DNA from: Haliotis cracherodii | Lineage: Eukaryota | DNA: 64,000 bases | Assembly (NCBI RefSeq): GCF_022045235.1 | Contig: NW_027266343.1 | Coordinates: 49,848,001 to 49,912,000, forward strand | Direction of reading: 5' to 3' | Shown here: positions 51,107-64,000 of the stretch, one piece after another | Layout of the letters: each line of letters begins with the position of its first letter | How positions within the stretch are numbered: position 1 is the first letter of the stretch | Made by a program: the position numbers and the translations under genes | Notes under the pieces: model-generated | Seen by the model: the letters and a program-made list of their open reading frames with translations, nothing else | Databases searched by the model: none | What the model was told of the DNA's origin: nothing

Positions 51107-51786
51107 GTTGAAAACAAATAGAGGTGAACGTGTTCTATAGCTGCTCCGATCAGTTGTTGATAGTATATGAGAACAGAAGGTAGTACTCTACTGTGCTTTA
51201 TTCCTATCATTAAACACACAGGGACATCTTGATTGTGTTGTTGTTATATTGTTACCAAAGTCAATTCTTTGTTACAACAGGGGCAGTGGGGTAGCCTGGT
51301 CATCATCATGCCAAAGGTTTGATTCCCCACATGGGTACAATGTGTGAAGCCAATTTCTGGTGTCCCCCACCTTGGTATTGCTGGAATATTGTGATATTGC
51401 TGGAATATTGCTAAAAGTGGCGTAAAACCATACTCACTCACTCTTAGTTACAACACCCAGCCCCATCGCTACATCTTATTGGTTTCTCTGCCATTAATGC
51501 CATTGGCTTCCTCATTATATACCTACCTTTATCCATTAATCCCACCTTGTGTAAAATCGATATGCTTATTCAGTATTCACCTGATGAAGGGTCAAGAATG
51601 TTCCCTAAGATGGTTAAGAAGTTATTACTGTTAGCCATTAACAAGTTTCATAGCTTCCCATATAAGGACACCCCCCCTAAAAAGCCTGACATTTTACTAG
51701 TCTGCCCTTAAGATACCTTTAACATTAAACGAACTGACTCAGTATATATAGCAAGCTAGTGCCAAGTTGCATCCCTGAGTTAAGCA

Positions 51787-52291
51787 GCTCTCACACTTTG
51801 CCGAGGTGGTTGTCTTAGGATTCGGGAAGAGGCTACATATATACGCGTATCATACATGTACGCTACGATTGTGTTACGAGCCCCATAGGAGTCCAATAGG
51901 AGTCTGTTAAGAGTTTCATACGAGCACAACAATCTCGATACGAGCTGTACGACTTTGGTACCAGGTAGCTACAACCTGCTAAATAATTCGGTGTATAGCT
52001 CGTATTAGACATGGTCAACTTGGCAATAAATTTTGCAGACAATCCTCATACGAGTTCTCTACGAGCACCACGAGGGTACTACGAGTAGGACGAGTATGTT
52101 TGTTATGAGTTTGTTAGGAGTTGGCTGGCGGCCCAAGTGTTTTGAGCAGTTCCAAAACTCTCATAGATCAGTACGAGGTATCCAGAGTTACCCTGAGTTT
52201 AGTACGACCTCGCTATGAGCTCCATAGGAGTACCCCCTGAGTCAGCTCGGGTCCATATTTGGGACGCAACTCGGCAAAGTGTGAGAGCCCC
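51787..52291. mobile_element. Non-autonomous TIR DNA transposon
   Basis: gctctcacactttgccgag / ctcggcaaagtgtgagagc TIRs; many internal acgag motifs. Confidence 0.7.
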
Positions 52292-53491
52292 TTTGGACGT
52301 TATATGATACTAGTAAGGAAGGGCGATTCCTGTGGCCCTTGTCTGAGACAGCAGTCAGGAGGTGCATAGTTCAATCAAAATTGTGTACTGAACTGTTAAT
52401 AAACAACATGAATTTCAATGTACAGATTTCAGTCAACTGCAGGATTTGCAAAGCATTTGTACTAACAGATAGGAAAAAAAACATCAGGGAACATGACTAA
52501 CACTACTGACATGTCAGATATCACAGGGATAGATGTGAACACTGGTTCATTAGTGCATGACAACTGAAAATCTAGCAGGACTAGTTGTTGCTCCCCCATA
52601 TAGAGTTACTTTACTGAAACCACCAGTCCAAAATAAGATGAGGACAAGTTGGATATTACCCCTGTATCATATAAGTAGAAAAACAAAACAGATATTTTTC
52701 ATGTTCACTAGTGAACATTAGTGGTCATTAAACATGCTAAAGGTCACCAACTATTAACAATTACGGTCTACAGTCACAGTAAAGAGTGTCACATCGGCAA
52801 TATTTCAACCATATTGTGACGAGACCAATTTATGTATTGAGTAAATACATTTAAAGTTTATAAAAATCTGTCGACAATGGACAGTAAGACAGCTAGAGTA
52901 TTATAGATTTGTATTTGAAGCTAGCATATACTCTTAAAATATGACTATTCATTACAATACATACTGAAAGTGAGCCATAGATCACCAGCAACCAAAATTA
53001 GGCCACCAGACCAGGGACCATGGGAACTTACGGTACTTCTGCTACCTTGATAACATGAATCTGAAGCTTGACCCTCTGAAGATACTGGGTGAGAATTTGT
53101 CTTTGGAAATCCATGCTCCTTGTAAGAGGCGACTAACGGGATGGGGCGGTCAGGTTCGCTGACTTGGTTGACATATGCCATCATATCCCAAATGAGTAGA
53201 TCAATGTTATTGGTATCAATCTCTGGATTGTCTGGTTGAGACTTGATTATGTACAGACTGCCATTATATAGCAGGAATATTGCTGAGTGCGATGTTAGTA
53301 AAAAAAGCAAAGATAAAACGTTGCTCTGACTACCAGGAAATAATACTGAAAGTGAGTTGGCGCTCTTGTCATGAGTCAAACTATTATGAATATTCAAAAT
53401 GGCCTTTATGCCTTTGGCACACCTTGATATGTTTCTAGTAATGAAGTTTGTCTTTCTTGTTTGACAGGCATGCATCAGTAGACTACCCACT

Positions 53492-53879
53492 ATGCCAAGT
53501 TCACGGAGTTCAGGGAGAACTCGAAGTCGGGAGTCGACATCAAGAAGAAGTCGCTCAAGCAACCGATCACGCAGTCGTCATAGCGATGGCCAGAGTCGCA
53601 GTCGACGCCATTCACACTGTAATTTCAAACAGCGTGAACGGAACTTTGCCGGAGCCGTTTGTAACATGATAACTATTGTGATTCTGTGTGTGGCCTTGGC
53701 GGAACCCAAATGGGTGTCCATCTACAATGGACTCTGTAGCCTCATCCAGAGACCGCGGGGAGGATTGCACTTCCTGGGAGCGTTTCAGTTCTTCTATAGT
53801 GGACATTTTATAGCGCCGGGCACATATCCAGACGAAGGCTCTAGTGTTTTATATCAGTATGGGCCCAGCATGCTAGATG
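53492..53879 (+). CDS. TMEM127: TMEM127-like copy B, coding exon 1
   Basis: Paralog of 36573-36960, same 388-nt length; acceptor at 53468 implies an upstream non-coding exon; G|gtaaga donor. Confidence 0.87.
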
Positions 53880-55137
53880 GTAAGATACATGCCAGGTGAA
53901 CATTCTTGTGGTAACCAGCGGTAGAAACGTAACATTTTTAGTCCACTAGTCCTTACAATGATAACATATAGCAAAACCCTTAAAAATGGCAAATTTCATG
54001 ATATCTTAACTCTTGGGCAGTTTGGCCAGGACTACAGGGCTAGTGTCAATTTCTAATGCTGGTTTAACCAATGAATTAAAATGCACAAAATCTTTCAAGA
54101 TAGCTGAACCTTTTTACATATTTTAGGCATTAGCTGCATTCATTCTAGTAAGTGAAGGGACGGTGGGGTAGCCTAGTGGTTAAAGCGTTCGCTCGTCATG
54201 CCGAAGACCCAGGTTCGATTCCCCACATGGGTACAATGTGAAGCCCATTTCTGGCGTCCCCCGCCGTGATATTACTGGAATATGAAGCAGCGTACTCACT
54301 CACTTTAGTAAGGGAAATGCTACTAAACTATGGAATAGGTTCACACTTTAAATAGAAATAGCAACACAAATTACAAAGAAAGACACACTCCCCATTAAGT
54401 CTGCATTGTAATGATAAACAAACACAGTTAATTGTGCAGGATGCAACAAACTTGTATCATCCAAAACTGTCCCCAACAAGAGATATTGCTTGGTTGAGAA
54501 ATTGCTTCACAATGCTTTGCAGACCATTGTGACTCCATTGGATACCATGACGTCACAATCAAATGACATCACTAATGGCTCTTCTACTGAAGCCGTTAGC
54601 AGTACTTTTTACACTTAACAATGCTTAAGACACATCTTAGTACCGTCTACAAACTCAAAAAGTTGGAAGAATGATGTTTGATGATAAATAGAATCTCACT
54701 CTTGTGTCTTTTGATATCAAATATATCAAAACTTGTTGATAAAGGTTTAAAACTCCTTTGCAAGACTCAGAGTTTTGAACTTTTATCGACTCGTGTTGAT
54801 ATATTTGATATCAAACGACACTTGGGTGAGATTCTCTATATCACTACGATGCAAACTTTATCATGTCTTTGGGGATTGTGTCTTTGTTTGTAATTTGTGT
54901 GGCTATTTCTATTTAAAGTGTGAACATATTCCATTGTTTGGTAGCTCTCTGCTGGGTTTCTTTGGTAGGCCTGAAGTGACAAAAGGTGGGTTTCTATTTA
55001 ACAAGGGAACAAGAGGTTCAAGTACAATGTATTTTCCTCTGAATTTATGAAAAATAAGAATCCTATTTTGCCTGCCAAGGCGCTTAGTTTGGAATCCTTT
55101 GCTAATTCTGTACTGCTATGTTTGAATGTTTCCCCAG

Positions 55138-55308
55138 TAATGGCCAACTGTGTGACCACAAAGGCTGTGATGGTGTTCAAGTGGGTGATAGCTGCCTCGT
55201 GTGTCGCAGTCATTTGTAGCCTCATCGCCTTCCTGCTGGATTTGACTGGGCCCACGCAGAGGACCTTCCGCATGTTACATCGCAACGCCATCTTCAGCAT
55301 ACTCACAG
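55138..55308 (+). CDS. TMEM127: TMEM127 copy B exon 2
   Basis: NCVT...AFLLDLTGP...RNAIFSILT; 171 nt as in copy A. Confidence 0.9.
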
Positions 55309-55556
55309 GTACACAGAACAAGTTAAGATGCACCACACTCAGTTTAATAAAAGTCAGATCTTAGTTCTTGCCACCGCTAAACAGATCTCTGACAACATCC
55401 CGTACAGGTCATGTCAGAAGACCTTTCATTCGACCAATCAGAGCATTGCTTACCAGATCGGAGAAAGTGAAAGTCGGAATGTGCTTTTCGATCATGCAAC
55501 CCCGAAAAGGGTAACACAGGGTATTCCAAACAACAGTTCGGGCTCTACACACAGAA

Positions 55557-56093
55557 AATGCACAACACTGCCAAACACGAGGGAAGATGCACAATACTGC
55601 CAAACACGAGGGATGAAGCACAATACTGCCAAACACGAGGGATGATGCACAGTACTGCCAAACACGAGGGAAGATGCACAATACTGCCAAACACGAGGGA
55701 AGATGCACAGTACTGCCAAACACGAGGGAAGATGCACAGTACTGCCAAACACGAGGGATGATGCACAATACTGCCAAACACGAGGGATGATGCACAATAC
55801 ATATGTACTATACACAAGATGCATAACTCTACATATAAGGGAAGATGCACAATACTGCCAAACACGAGGGATGATGCACAATACATATGTACTACACACA
55901 AGATGCCTAACTCTACATACGAGGGAAGATGCACAACACTACGCACTTGTGAGGATGCACAATACTACTCACTAGGGAAGATGCACAATACTACACACTA
56001 GGGAAGATGCACAATACACATGAACTATACGCAAGATGCCTAACTCTACATACGAGGGAAGATGCACAACACTACGCACTAGTGAGGATGCAC
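55557..56093. repeat. 29-bp minisatellite following a truncated M2 MITE (~55345-55540)
   Basis: Unit GGGAAGATGCACAATACTGCCAAACACGA with higher-order variants. Confidence 0.9.
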
Positions 56094-56428
56094 ATATCAC
56101 TGCATGCTATGATTTAGTAACTCTTGTATGATTCTCTGTCATTTTTGTATGGCTTACCACCATCCCCTTATCATAAAAGGCGACTCAGGGGCTTGGATGA
56201 TGGCATGTCATCATATCCCAATTGTGTGGATTGATGCTCATGATCTAAACAATCTGGTCTAGACCTGATGATTTACAGACCGCCATCACATAGCTGGAAT
56301 ACTGCTGAGTGCCATGTTAAGCAACGAACACTCACTCACTCACTCATCACTCACTTTTGTGTGATTCATTCATTCACTCTTGTATGATTCACTCTCTCTT
56401 GTATTATACATTAACTCTTGTGTTGCAG

Positions 56429-56826
56429 TTGTGATCTGTGTGATTGTGAACATCCTGTGCTATTTCATCACGACACAAGTACAGCAGCTTCAAGGGGACA
56501 ACAAGAAAGTAGAGGTGTCCTTTGATGTCAGTTTCTACCTGATCTCGGCAGCGGGAAGCGTGTCCGTGTTTGCTGTGGCCTGCAACTGCCTGCGCCGATA
56601 CCCTCTCCACGAGGAGCCCCGCCCTCAGCCGTACTTGCTGGACGACTGCGACGACCTGCACTCTCTACTGTCTCCCTACAGTCACGACGTTTCCTTCATA
56701 GGGCAACTGCCGCCACCCCCAGCCTACTCCCCCAATGTCCCCTCTACAGCCCCATCTGCAACAACATCTAACACATCTGCAACCTCCTCCACCCCTGGCC
56801 CAGCTCCTGCTAGTGTGGTCGCTTGA
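56429..56826 (+). CDS. TMEM127: TMEM127 copy B exon 3 (318 aa total)
   Basis: VVICVIVNILCYF...VSFDVSFYLISAAG...PPPPAYSP. Confidence 0.9.
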
Positions 56827-56936
56827 AAAGCTCAACAGTGTATGTGTATTGGTCAGGCCTCCACAATCCCAATCCCCACTCCCTCACAGAACCAACCTTG
56901 ACCTCAGCCCAACCTCTACATTGCCGCTGTCCCTCC

Positions 56937-57432
56937 CATCTTCCCAAGTCAAGGGAGTTAACTGAACTAGGCTGGAATTATGGACTTATATTTTGGCTGG
57001 ACTACATTTATGCATAGTCCAATCAAAATATCCGGTTCGTGAACAGCTGTGTAGATTTCAGTCAATTGCAGGATTTGCGAAGGATGTGTACCGCCAGCTC
57101 AGCGTCAGCAGATATTTTCCAAATCTTTTCATGTTTTTGATCAAGGTGCACAAATGATCTGATGCACTTCGCGAGGTAAGACCCATAATATTATAATAAA
57201 GATCTTGATTATCGATCAGATCATCTTGACTGAGGACAGCCACTTTGTTTGAAGCAAATGCATGTGATATGAAAGGTGGAATCTAATTGGTCAATAGGAG
57301 GGACAAAAAAAGGGACATAACTCGTAATGGCCACTGGTGGCGCTACATTCGAACTCAGAAATTTTGGCCTAGTTTGGCAAGGGTGGAAACTGTACTTGAC
57401 TCTAAAGTTGATTCCTTTGCCTCGGGAAGACG
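56937..57432. mobile_element. MITE family M1 in TMEM127-B 3' UTR region
   Basis: TIRs; 9-bp TSD tgtccctcc/tgtcactcc. Confidence 0.8.
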
Positions 57433-57546
57433 TGTCACTCCCCGAAGGTCCTCACTGCATAGATATTGATCATATCACACAAACCCCAACCCCCAACCCC
57501 AGCACCTCTACACTGCCATTATCCCTCCTTGGCATAGTGTGGTGAG

Positions 57547-57650
57547 TCTTTGGATGGCATTTAGAAGTGATTCACATAAGAGAGAGAATTTATGGATGTC
57601 AACTTGTTCCTCATGATAAAGAAGTTGACATCCATAAATTCTTTCTCCTA
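57547..57650. mobile_element. Short fold-back copy of the Penelope-like element end
   Basis: agaatttatggatgtcaactt / aagttgacatccataaattct arms plus family tail. Confidence 0.55.
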
Positions 57651-58087
57651 TAGTGTTATTTGAAAAGAACATCAGTACATATGTCATATCTCCACAACCG
57701 CCATCCCTCCTTACTCCCCCGCTGAACCAACCCCAACCCCACCCTTTTCCCACACTAGGCCTGCCCTCCATGTTATGGTGATCTGAAAAGAGCAACAGTG
57801 TATATCGCTTATCATTTATCAGTGACCTCTGCCAGGGCCGGGCCTTAGATGTATATTATAGTGCTCATTATTATCCCGACCCTACCCCTACCCCTACCCC
57901 CAGCATCACGCCAACACAGACCACTACCCCACCCACCCCCATCAGAGACGCTCCTCTATTGACAGTGACTCTCTGCGAGAGAACTGAGTATTTATTGCTA
58001 ATGCTTCACAGAAGTTGATTTAGTCCTGATCTGTTGTGTTGGGTTGATATTACCAGACTACTTAGGACATGTGTCTAGAGACTGTAG

Positions 58088-58841
58088 AGACTGTGTGGGA
58101 TTGTCCTGTCATAGAGGCTCTGTGGGATTGTCTTGTCATAGAGGCTCTGTGGGATTGTCTTGTCATAGAGGCTGTGTGGGATTGTCTTGTCATAGAGGCT
58201 GTGTGGGATTGTCCTGTCATAGAGGCTCTGTGGGATTGTCTTGTCATAGAGGCTCTGTGGGATTGTCTTGTCATAGAGGCTCTGTGGGATTGTCTTGTCA
58301 TAGAGGCTCTGTGGGATTGTCTTGTCATAGAGGCTCTGTGGGATTGTCTTGTCATAGAGGCTGTTTGGGATTGTCCTGTCATAGAGGCTGTGTGGGATTG
58401 TCTTGTCATAGAGGCTGTGTGGGATTGTCCTGTCATAGAGGCTGTGTGGGATTGTCTTGTCATAGAGGCTGTGTGGGATTGTCTTGTCATAGAGGCTGTG
58501 TGGGATTGTCTTGTCATAGAGGCTGTGTAGGATTGTCCTGTCATAGAGGCTCTGTGGGATTGTCTTGTCATAGAGGCTGTGTGGGATTGTCTTGTCATAG
58601 AGGCTGTGTAGGATTGTCTTGTCATAGAGGCTGTGTGGGATTGTCCTGTCATAGAGGCTGTGTGGGATTGTTCTGTCATAGAGGCTGTGTAGGATTGTCT
58701 TGTCATAGAGGCTGTGTGGGATTGTCTTGTCATAGAGGCTGTTTGGGATTGTCTTGTCATAGAGGCTGTTTGGGATTGTCCTGTCATAGAGGCTGTGTGG
58801 GATTGTCCTGTCTTGGTGGCTCTTTTGGATTGTCTTGTCAG
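58088..58841. repeat. 27-bp minisatellite (GTCATAGAGGCTGTGTGGGATTGTCTT)n
   Basis: About 28 units. Confidence 0.97.
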
Positions 58842-61804
58842 CATATATTGTTTGACTAAGATATATGCAGAATAATCTATTCATTATTAGTGTTGTGTTG
58901 CATACATGTACAAAGATTTCTGCTTTAATTGTTTGTGTGTGTGTATGTGTGAGTGTATAAATTTATGTGTCTTGCTGGTTATGTTTGGGTGTGTTACGAG
59001 AAAGTGTATGTGTAAGTACATATATGTAAGGTATATGCACCTTAGTGCATGTGTGTGTGGCCATGTGTACAGGATGTATAACAATGTGTGAGGAGACTCG
59101 GTGTCTTGCTACTGTGTGTGTCTTTGTGGAGTCAGTAGTGTTCTGCTTAGTGGCGTGTGCCTGGGCGGGAGAGACATACTGCTCGTCATTGTTATATGGA
59201 AATATTTCTTACTTTTGACTTGTTCTTACGCAGACCTCGACCATGTAAACCAAATGATTATTTAAAGTGAAATAACCATGATAAAAGAAATGCTGGTATC
59301 ACAGTCACCGTACAATATTGCCTAGAGTTACTTCCCTTTGACTGTTCTTTCTGCTTGCAGCCCCGATTCAGAAACATGATCTAAACTATTTTTACTTAAG
59401 TCAGTAAACTAATTGTGTGGTCATTTTGCATTGCCTTAAAATGACCTTTGTAGTTTGATATAGAAAATAAAAATATATGGTGAAGTGTTAAATTAAGTCA
59501 ATTGTTTGCTGAATTGATAGGCTCCATGTTGCTTTTAGCGAGGATATCAGCTGATATTATTTGTGCTGATTATTTATTACTCCTATTTTATAAAAAAAAC
59601 TTGAGTTATGATTCAGAGGACAGTTGTGTTACATAGTTTTATATTATGACTTTGGGATCTGGTAGTTAGGCTTGCTGACTTGGTTGATGCATGTCATCGT
59701 ATACCAATTGTGTAGATCAATGTTCACAATATCAGTCATTGGAATGTGTGGTCCAGACTCAATTATACATATGACTGCTTCCATATAGCTGAAATATTGC
59801 TGAGTGCGTCATTAAAAAAATAAAAAAATATTATGTTTTGAAGTGAAGATGAATCAGCTCAATGACAATGTTTCCTCTAGAGGAATATAGCCCAGCATCC
59901 ATATTGTCACATGTTACTGTTTACCAGTCTTGTAGCGTAGAATTCATTTCACTAAGCAGGGCAGGTGTGAGTCTCGATTAGTTATACCTTCAGCCACAGA
60001 GTGAAGGGGGGATTGGTTGCCTTGTCATCTGAGGTGTCGCAATTCACTGTGCAGAGTTGTGTACCTTAGGCCTGCCAGAATCCTGTGATCTCTGGTGTTG
60101 AATCCCAGATTTGCCCTGATTATGTTTCTTGGTTTATCGGGGACATGGGTGGCCCAGTTGTCTAAGGTGCTGCGTTTCACTGTGCCCTAATTCTGGTCTT
60201 TGGTTTGTCAGCACCACATATGGGTGACCCGTGCCCCCTGCGGAACCCTAGACTTCTGGGCGAACTGTGCCCCGGCAGTACCCTCGACATCAGGGCCAGT
60301 GATTGGCTCAGGGCTCTAGGGTGATACAGGGGCATGGGTGCTGTAGGCGACACAGTGTGCCCATTGATCTAGGGTAATGAATGAGGCATGGGTAACAATA
60401 CTAACATAGTGCTGCGGGGGGCACGATTGATGTACTGCACTGGGCATGAATGGTGTAGCTGTTTTTGGTGCTGCAAGATGGCATGGATGGCCCAGAGATC
60501 TAGGTGGAGCAACTTACAAGGATCCATTGACTATGGGTTCAGTTCATCCTCATCATGATCCTTGGTTTGTCAGGGTCAGGCTTTTACTGTTTACATGTTT
60601 AAAGATGCAAAACATATGATTCTTGTCCTAATTTAGCTGCACATACCTGTATGTACGAGCATTTGTGATATATTTGTGTAATTTATCAATAGTCAACATG
60701 AATTATTGATCTATTTTCACTGTACTACCTAAGTGCTGCTTGTTTTTTAAATAAAACCAACTAACTGCAGATGTGTTGTTTTGTTCGTCACTCCTTTAAG
60801 CATCATAATTCTATATCTCACCTCACATTAGAGTTCCTGCTTCTCTTTGGTTAAGGAGCAGGCAATTATTTTCCATGTAGCCGGCTTGTGTAGCCCACTG
60901 AGAAATCAATAGGAACACTGTAGGTAACTTGCTTATCTCGCATAAATATCAATGTTTTTTCTAATGCATTGGGCAAGGTGATGTTACTCAGTTCATTTGT
61001 GTCGTCTGCTAGCTGTCAAAATGTCTGAATCAGAGATTTCTACTCCTTGAAACTTCAGACATGTATGGATAAATGTCTGTGAGATAAGTTCGTTGTCAAC
61101 CGATCCCTGAGGGCACACGGTGTGTTCATCACAGATATACCCCTCAAGATTAGTTGACAACTTATAATGTCAAATGTGACTTCAAGCTCGTCTCCCTGTG
61201 AGGACTGTAGGTAACTTGCTTATCTCCTGTAAGGACTCGGAGGAAGAACAGGTCCTCAAAACCCCTGATTTTTACCCACTTTGCATTCCAGGGAAGAATC
61301 GTAGACTCTGAAAACGTACATGCGTACATGTGATCATGTGACAGTGGATGTGAACGACATGACTCCTGCTAGTGGTCATGTGACAAATTGAAGGGTCACA
61401 AGACCCTTCCTGGGGGTCATGTCTGTGAACATGGTTGAAGTATCATGTGACTAGCTAGTGGTCATGTGACTGGTTAAATGATCACATGACTCCCGTATGT
61501 GGTCATTCCATGATGATAAATATCGTGGACCCATTCGTCATCATAGCTCCGTTTCAGAGTTAGTGAGTCAGTGTTGGTTGTTTTACACTCCACTGACCAA
61601 TATTTCAGACAATCCACTGATTAATATTATGAGCAACTACCCACGTCGTCGTCAACGACGATGTCATGCAATCCACCACCAAGTACCCAGTCTGACCACC
61701 CCATCCATTCAGTCGCCTCATACCACCAGCGTTGGTGCCCCTCCATTTCTCACCCATCTACCCGCCGCCACTTCTCATTTGCCCGTTAGAGTAATTTGAT
61801 TGAA

Positions 61805-62046
61805 TAGAATAGGTCTTCAGCAATCCTTGTCGAAAGAGGCGTCAATGTTTGTCGTAAGAGGCGACTAACGGGATCGGGTGGTCAGACTCGCTGACTTGGT
61901 TGATGCAAATCATCGTATCCCAATTGCGTGGATCAATGCTCATGATGTCAATCACTGGATTGTCTGGTGCAGACGCGATTATTTACAGACCGTCGTCATA
62001 TAGCTGGAATATTGCTGAGTGTGGCGTTTAACAACAAACAACAAAC
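61805..62046 (+). mobile_element. SINE family C
   Basis: Match to family; (ACAA)n tail. Confidence 0.85.
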
Positions 62047-62279
62047 ATAATTGGACGGCTATTTCTAGCGTTGTGCTATTCGAATCGAACTCGTTATCAT
62101 CATAGAATGGAGACATAATACCCTGGATAATCGTGGATGATATATTCTCCGTATGACAGTGCAATTTGGTTAAACGAAAGTTTACATTTAGTTGACGTGA
62201 CCATCCAAATAAAAGTTGACCCTGTGATATAACGAAAATCTGTTCGAGGCTTCATTAAACCATTCACTCACTCACTCTC

Positions 62280-62710
62280 GTGGACGGACCACATGGTTCT
62301 GTAGTTGCCTGGTCACATGACCGGGACGCTGGGTTTGAACTGGTCCCTAGCAACTTGTGCTTGTCGGAAGAAGCAACTTCGGGCTCGGAAAATCAGGTTT
62401 GGTGACTCGGTTGAATCCTGCATGTCATCGTACCCGACGAGACCCGTGAAGATCGGGGGTGGATTAGGTCTCTACCAACCCATACTTGCTGTAAACGGTG
62501 ACTATGCTTGTCGTAAAAGGCGACTAACGGGATCGGGTGGTCAGACTCGCTGACTTGGTTGATGCATGTCATCGATCCCAATTGCGTGGATCGATGCTCA
62601 TGATATCAATCACTGGACTGTCTGGTCCAGACTCAATTATTTACAGACCGTCGTCATATAGCTGGAATATTGCTGAGTGCGGCGTAAAACAACAAACAAC
62701 AAACAAACAA
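62280..62710 (+). mobile_element. SINE family C, longest copy with degenerate head
   Basis: Internal duplicated body, (ACAA)n tail. Confidence 0.8.
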
Positions 62711-63204
62711 CGTACCCCGACGACGAGGAACACTGCGCGTCATTTTAATCACCGGTTTGTCTGGTCCACATTCGCTTATTTACAGCCCGCCGAGTGCGGG
62801 GCTTCTCAACAAGCACACAGTCAGATCTCATGGTCATTTGTTTACCGGATTACATAACTTCCGTTGGACCACAACTGGCATGGCGAAGTCTGGAACACAC
62901 TGAGCAACGTTTGGCAGATACGTTGACGGACCGAGCAGCCGTGATTGCACTTTAATGGAGTAGTCTAGGTAGTGAGCTGGTAAGCAGCCCATGTTTATGA
63001 TGGCGTCTGTCAAGTGCTGCTCGAACGTAAGTGGGCGTCTTGATGGCAGAGGCACCAGATTCACATAGCTGACATAGTTGAGCACAGAAACACTGCTGCC
63101 TCCCGCATGTTGCTCATAGATAAGCCTGTACGTTAGTATCAGAGCTAGCGAACTTTGCACTGCCGTTACTCCATACATCCATGGGCCCAGTTAAAAAGCG
63201 ATAT

Positions 63205-63470
63205 TTGCGCTGTCGTAACTCCTGTATCGATGGCTTGGGCTTCAAAAAGTGATTTCAGTTTTGCGTAAAACCGGTATCGAGCTCTTACCTTTGTCGTAAC
63301 TCCTTAATCCCTGAAACGTTAAAAGAGCACTCTTAGCGCTCTCGTAACTCCTGTATCGATGGGCTTGGCTACAAAAAGTGATTTTAGTTCAGTCGTAAAA
63401 CCGGTATCAAGTGTCAGGCTATACACAAAGCGCCCTTACCTGTCGTAACTCCTTAATCCCTGAAATTTTT
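63205..63470. repeat. Two-copy ~130-bp tandem duplication with repeated gtcgtaactcc motifs
   Basis: Units start 63207 and 63336. Confidence 0.75.
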
Positions 63471-63474
63471 AAAT

Positions 63475-63760
63475 GGGGGGCACGGGTGGCTCAGTCGTCT
63501 AAAGCGCCGCTGTTCGCTGTGCAGAGTTGCGTCCCTTGGGCACGGTAGAAACCTATGAATGTGGGTTCGAATCCCGGTTCGCCCCGATTATGTTTCTAGG
63601 TTTGTCAGCACCATACCCATGCTCGTGGGTTTCACCGAAGTGGTAAACGTCAGAGATCTGCATCACTTCGGGCTTTCCTCCCACATTAAGCTGACACGCC
63701 GCGATATAACTGTAATACTGTTAAAACCTTGTTAAACCAAACTCTCACTCACTCACTCAC
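63475..63760 (+). mobile_element. SINE family B
   Basis: Full-length, young-looking copy. Confidence 0.88.
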
Positions 63761-63764
63761 TTTT

Positions 63765-63930
63765 AGGGGGCGGTCGGGTAGCCTAGTGGTTAAAGCTTTC
63801 GCTCGCCACGCCGAAGACCCGGGTTCGATTCCCGACATGGGCACAATGTGTGAAGCCCATTTCTGATGTCCCCCGCCGTGATATTGCTGGAATATTGCTA
63901 AAAGCGGCGTAAAACCATATTCACTCACTC
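63765..63930 (+). mobile_element. SINE family A
   Basis: Full-length, directly after the SINE B tail. Confidence 0.9.
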
Positions 63931-64000
63931 TTCACTTATAAATCATTTAGACCAAGTCTAAAGCGTATGAAAGGTATTGCGGAGATGTTTGAATCTTCAT

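Noticed and set aside
51560-51625. CTGATGA hammerhead-like motif
   Set aside because: GAAA core after stem II is missing; at best a decayed Penelope-like relic
52945-53562. 205-aa minus-strand ORF
   Set aside because: Antisense to TMEM127-B exon 1 plus a SINE
58044-58884. Cys-rich repetitive ORFs of 260-271 aa
   Set aside because: 27-bp period keeps several frames open on both strands; no real start context or gene structure
60240-60540. GC-richer unexplained stretch next to SINE B remnants
   Set aside because: No ORF, structure or homolog I can support
62834-63178. 114-aa minus-strand ORF in unique-looking DNA
   Set aside because: No recognisable domain or convincing splice sites; needs BLASTX or RNA-seq to decide

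Overview
Intron-rich eukaryotic DNA, inferred to be molluscan and probably a gastropod such as abalone (from SINE and repeat types; not verified). Genes built by hand from splice signals and reading frames: 5' end of NOP56 (-, runs off the left edge), three tRNA-Leu genes (-; AAG, TAG, TAG), a 2-exon THAP-domain gene (+), ZDHHC16 palmitoyltransferase (+, 8 coding exons, U12-type intron inside the DHHC-P codon), MED28 (-, 4 exons) head-to-head with TMEM127, and a second intact tandem TMEM127 paralog. Non-coding DNA is full of tRNA-derived SINEs, 9-bp-TSD MITEs, a Helentron/DINE-like element, small Penelope-like fold-back elements with a minimal hammerhead motif, and about 14 minisatellites. The most striking pattern: four minisatellites sit exactly on coding boundaries and copy the signal into the non-coding side. 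They are the NOP56 donor, the ZDHHC16 donor (about 20 extra GT donors), the TMEM127-A acceptor (11 extra AG acceptors) and the MED28 stop codon. In the three splice-site arrays only the CDS-adjacent copy gives an intact protein.
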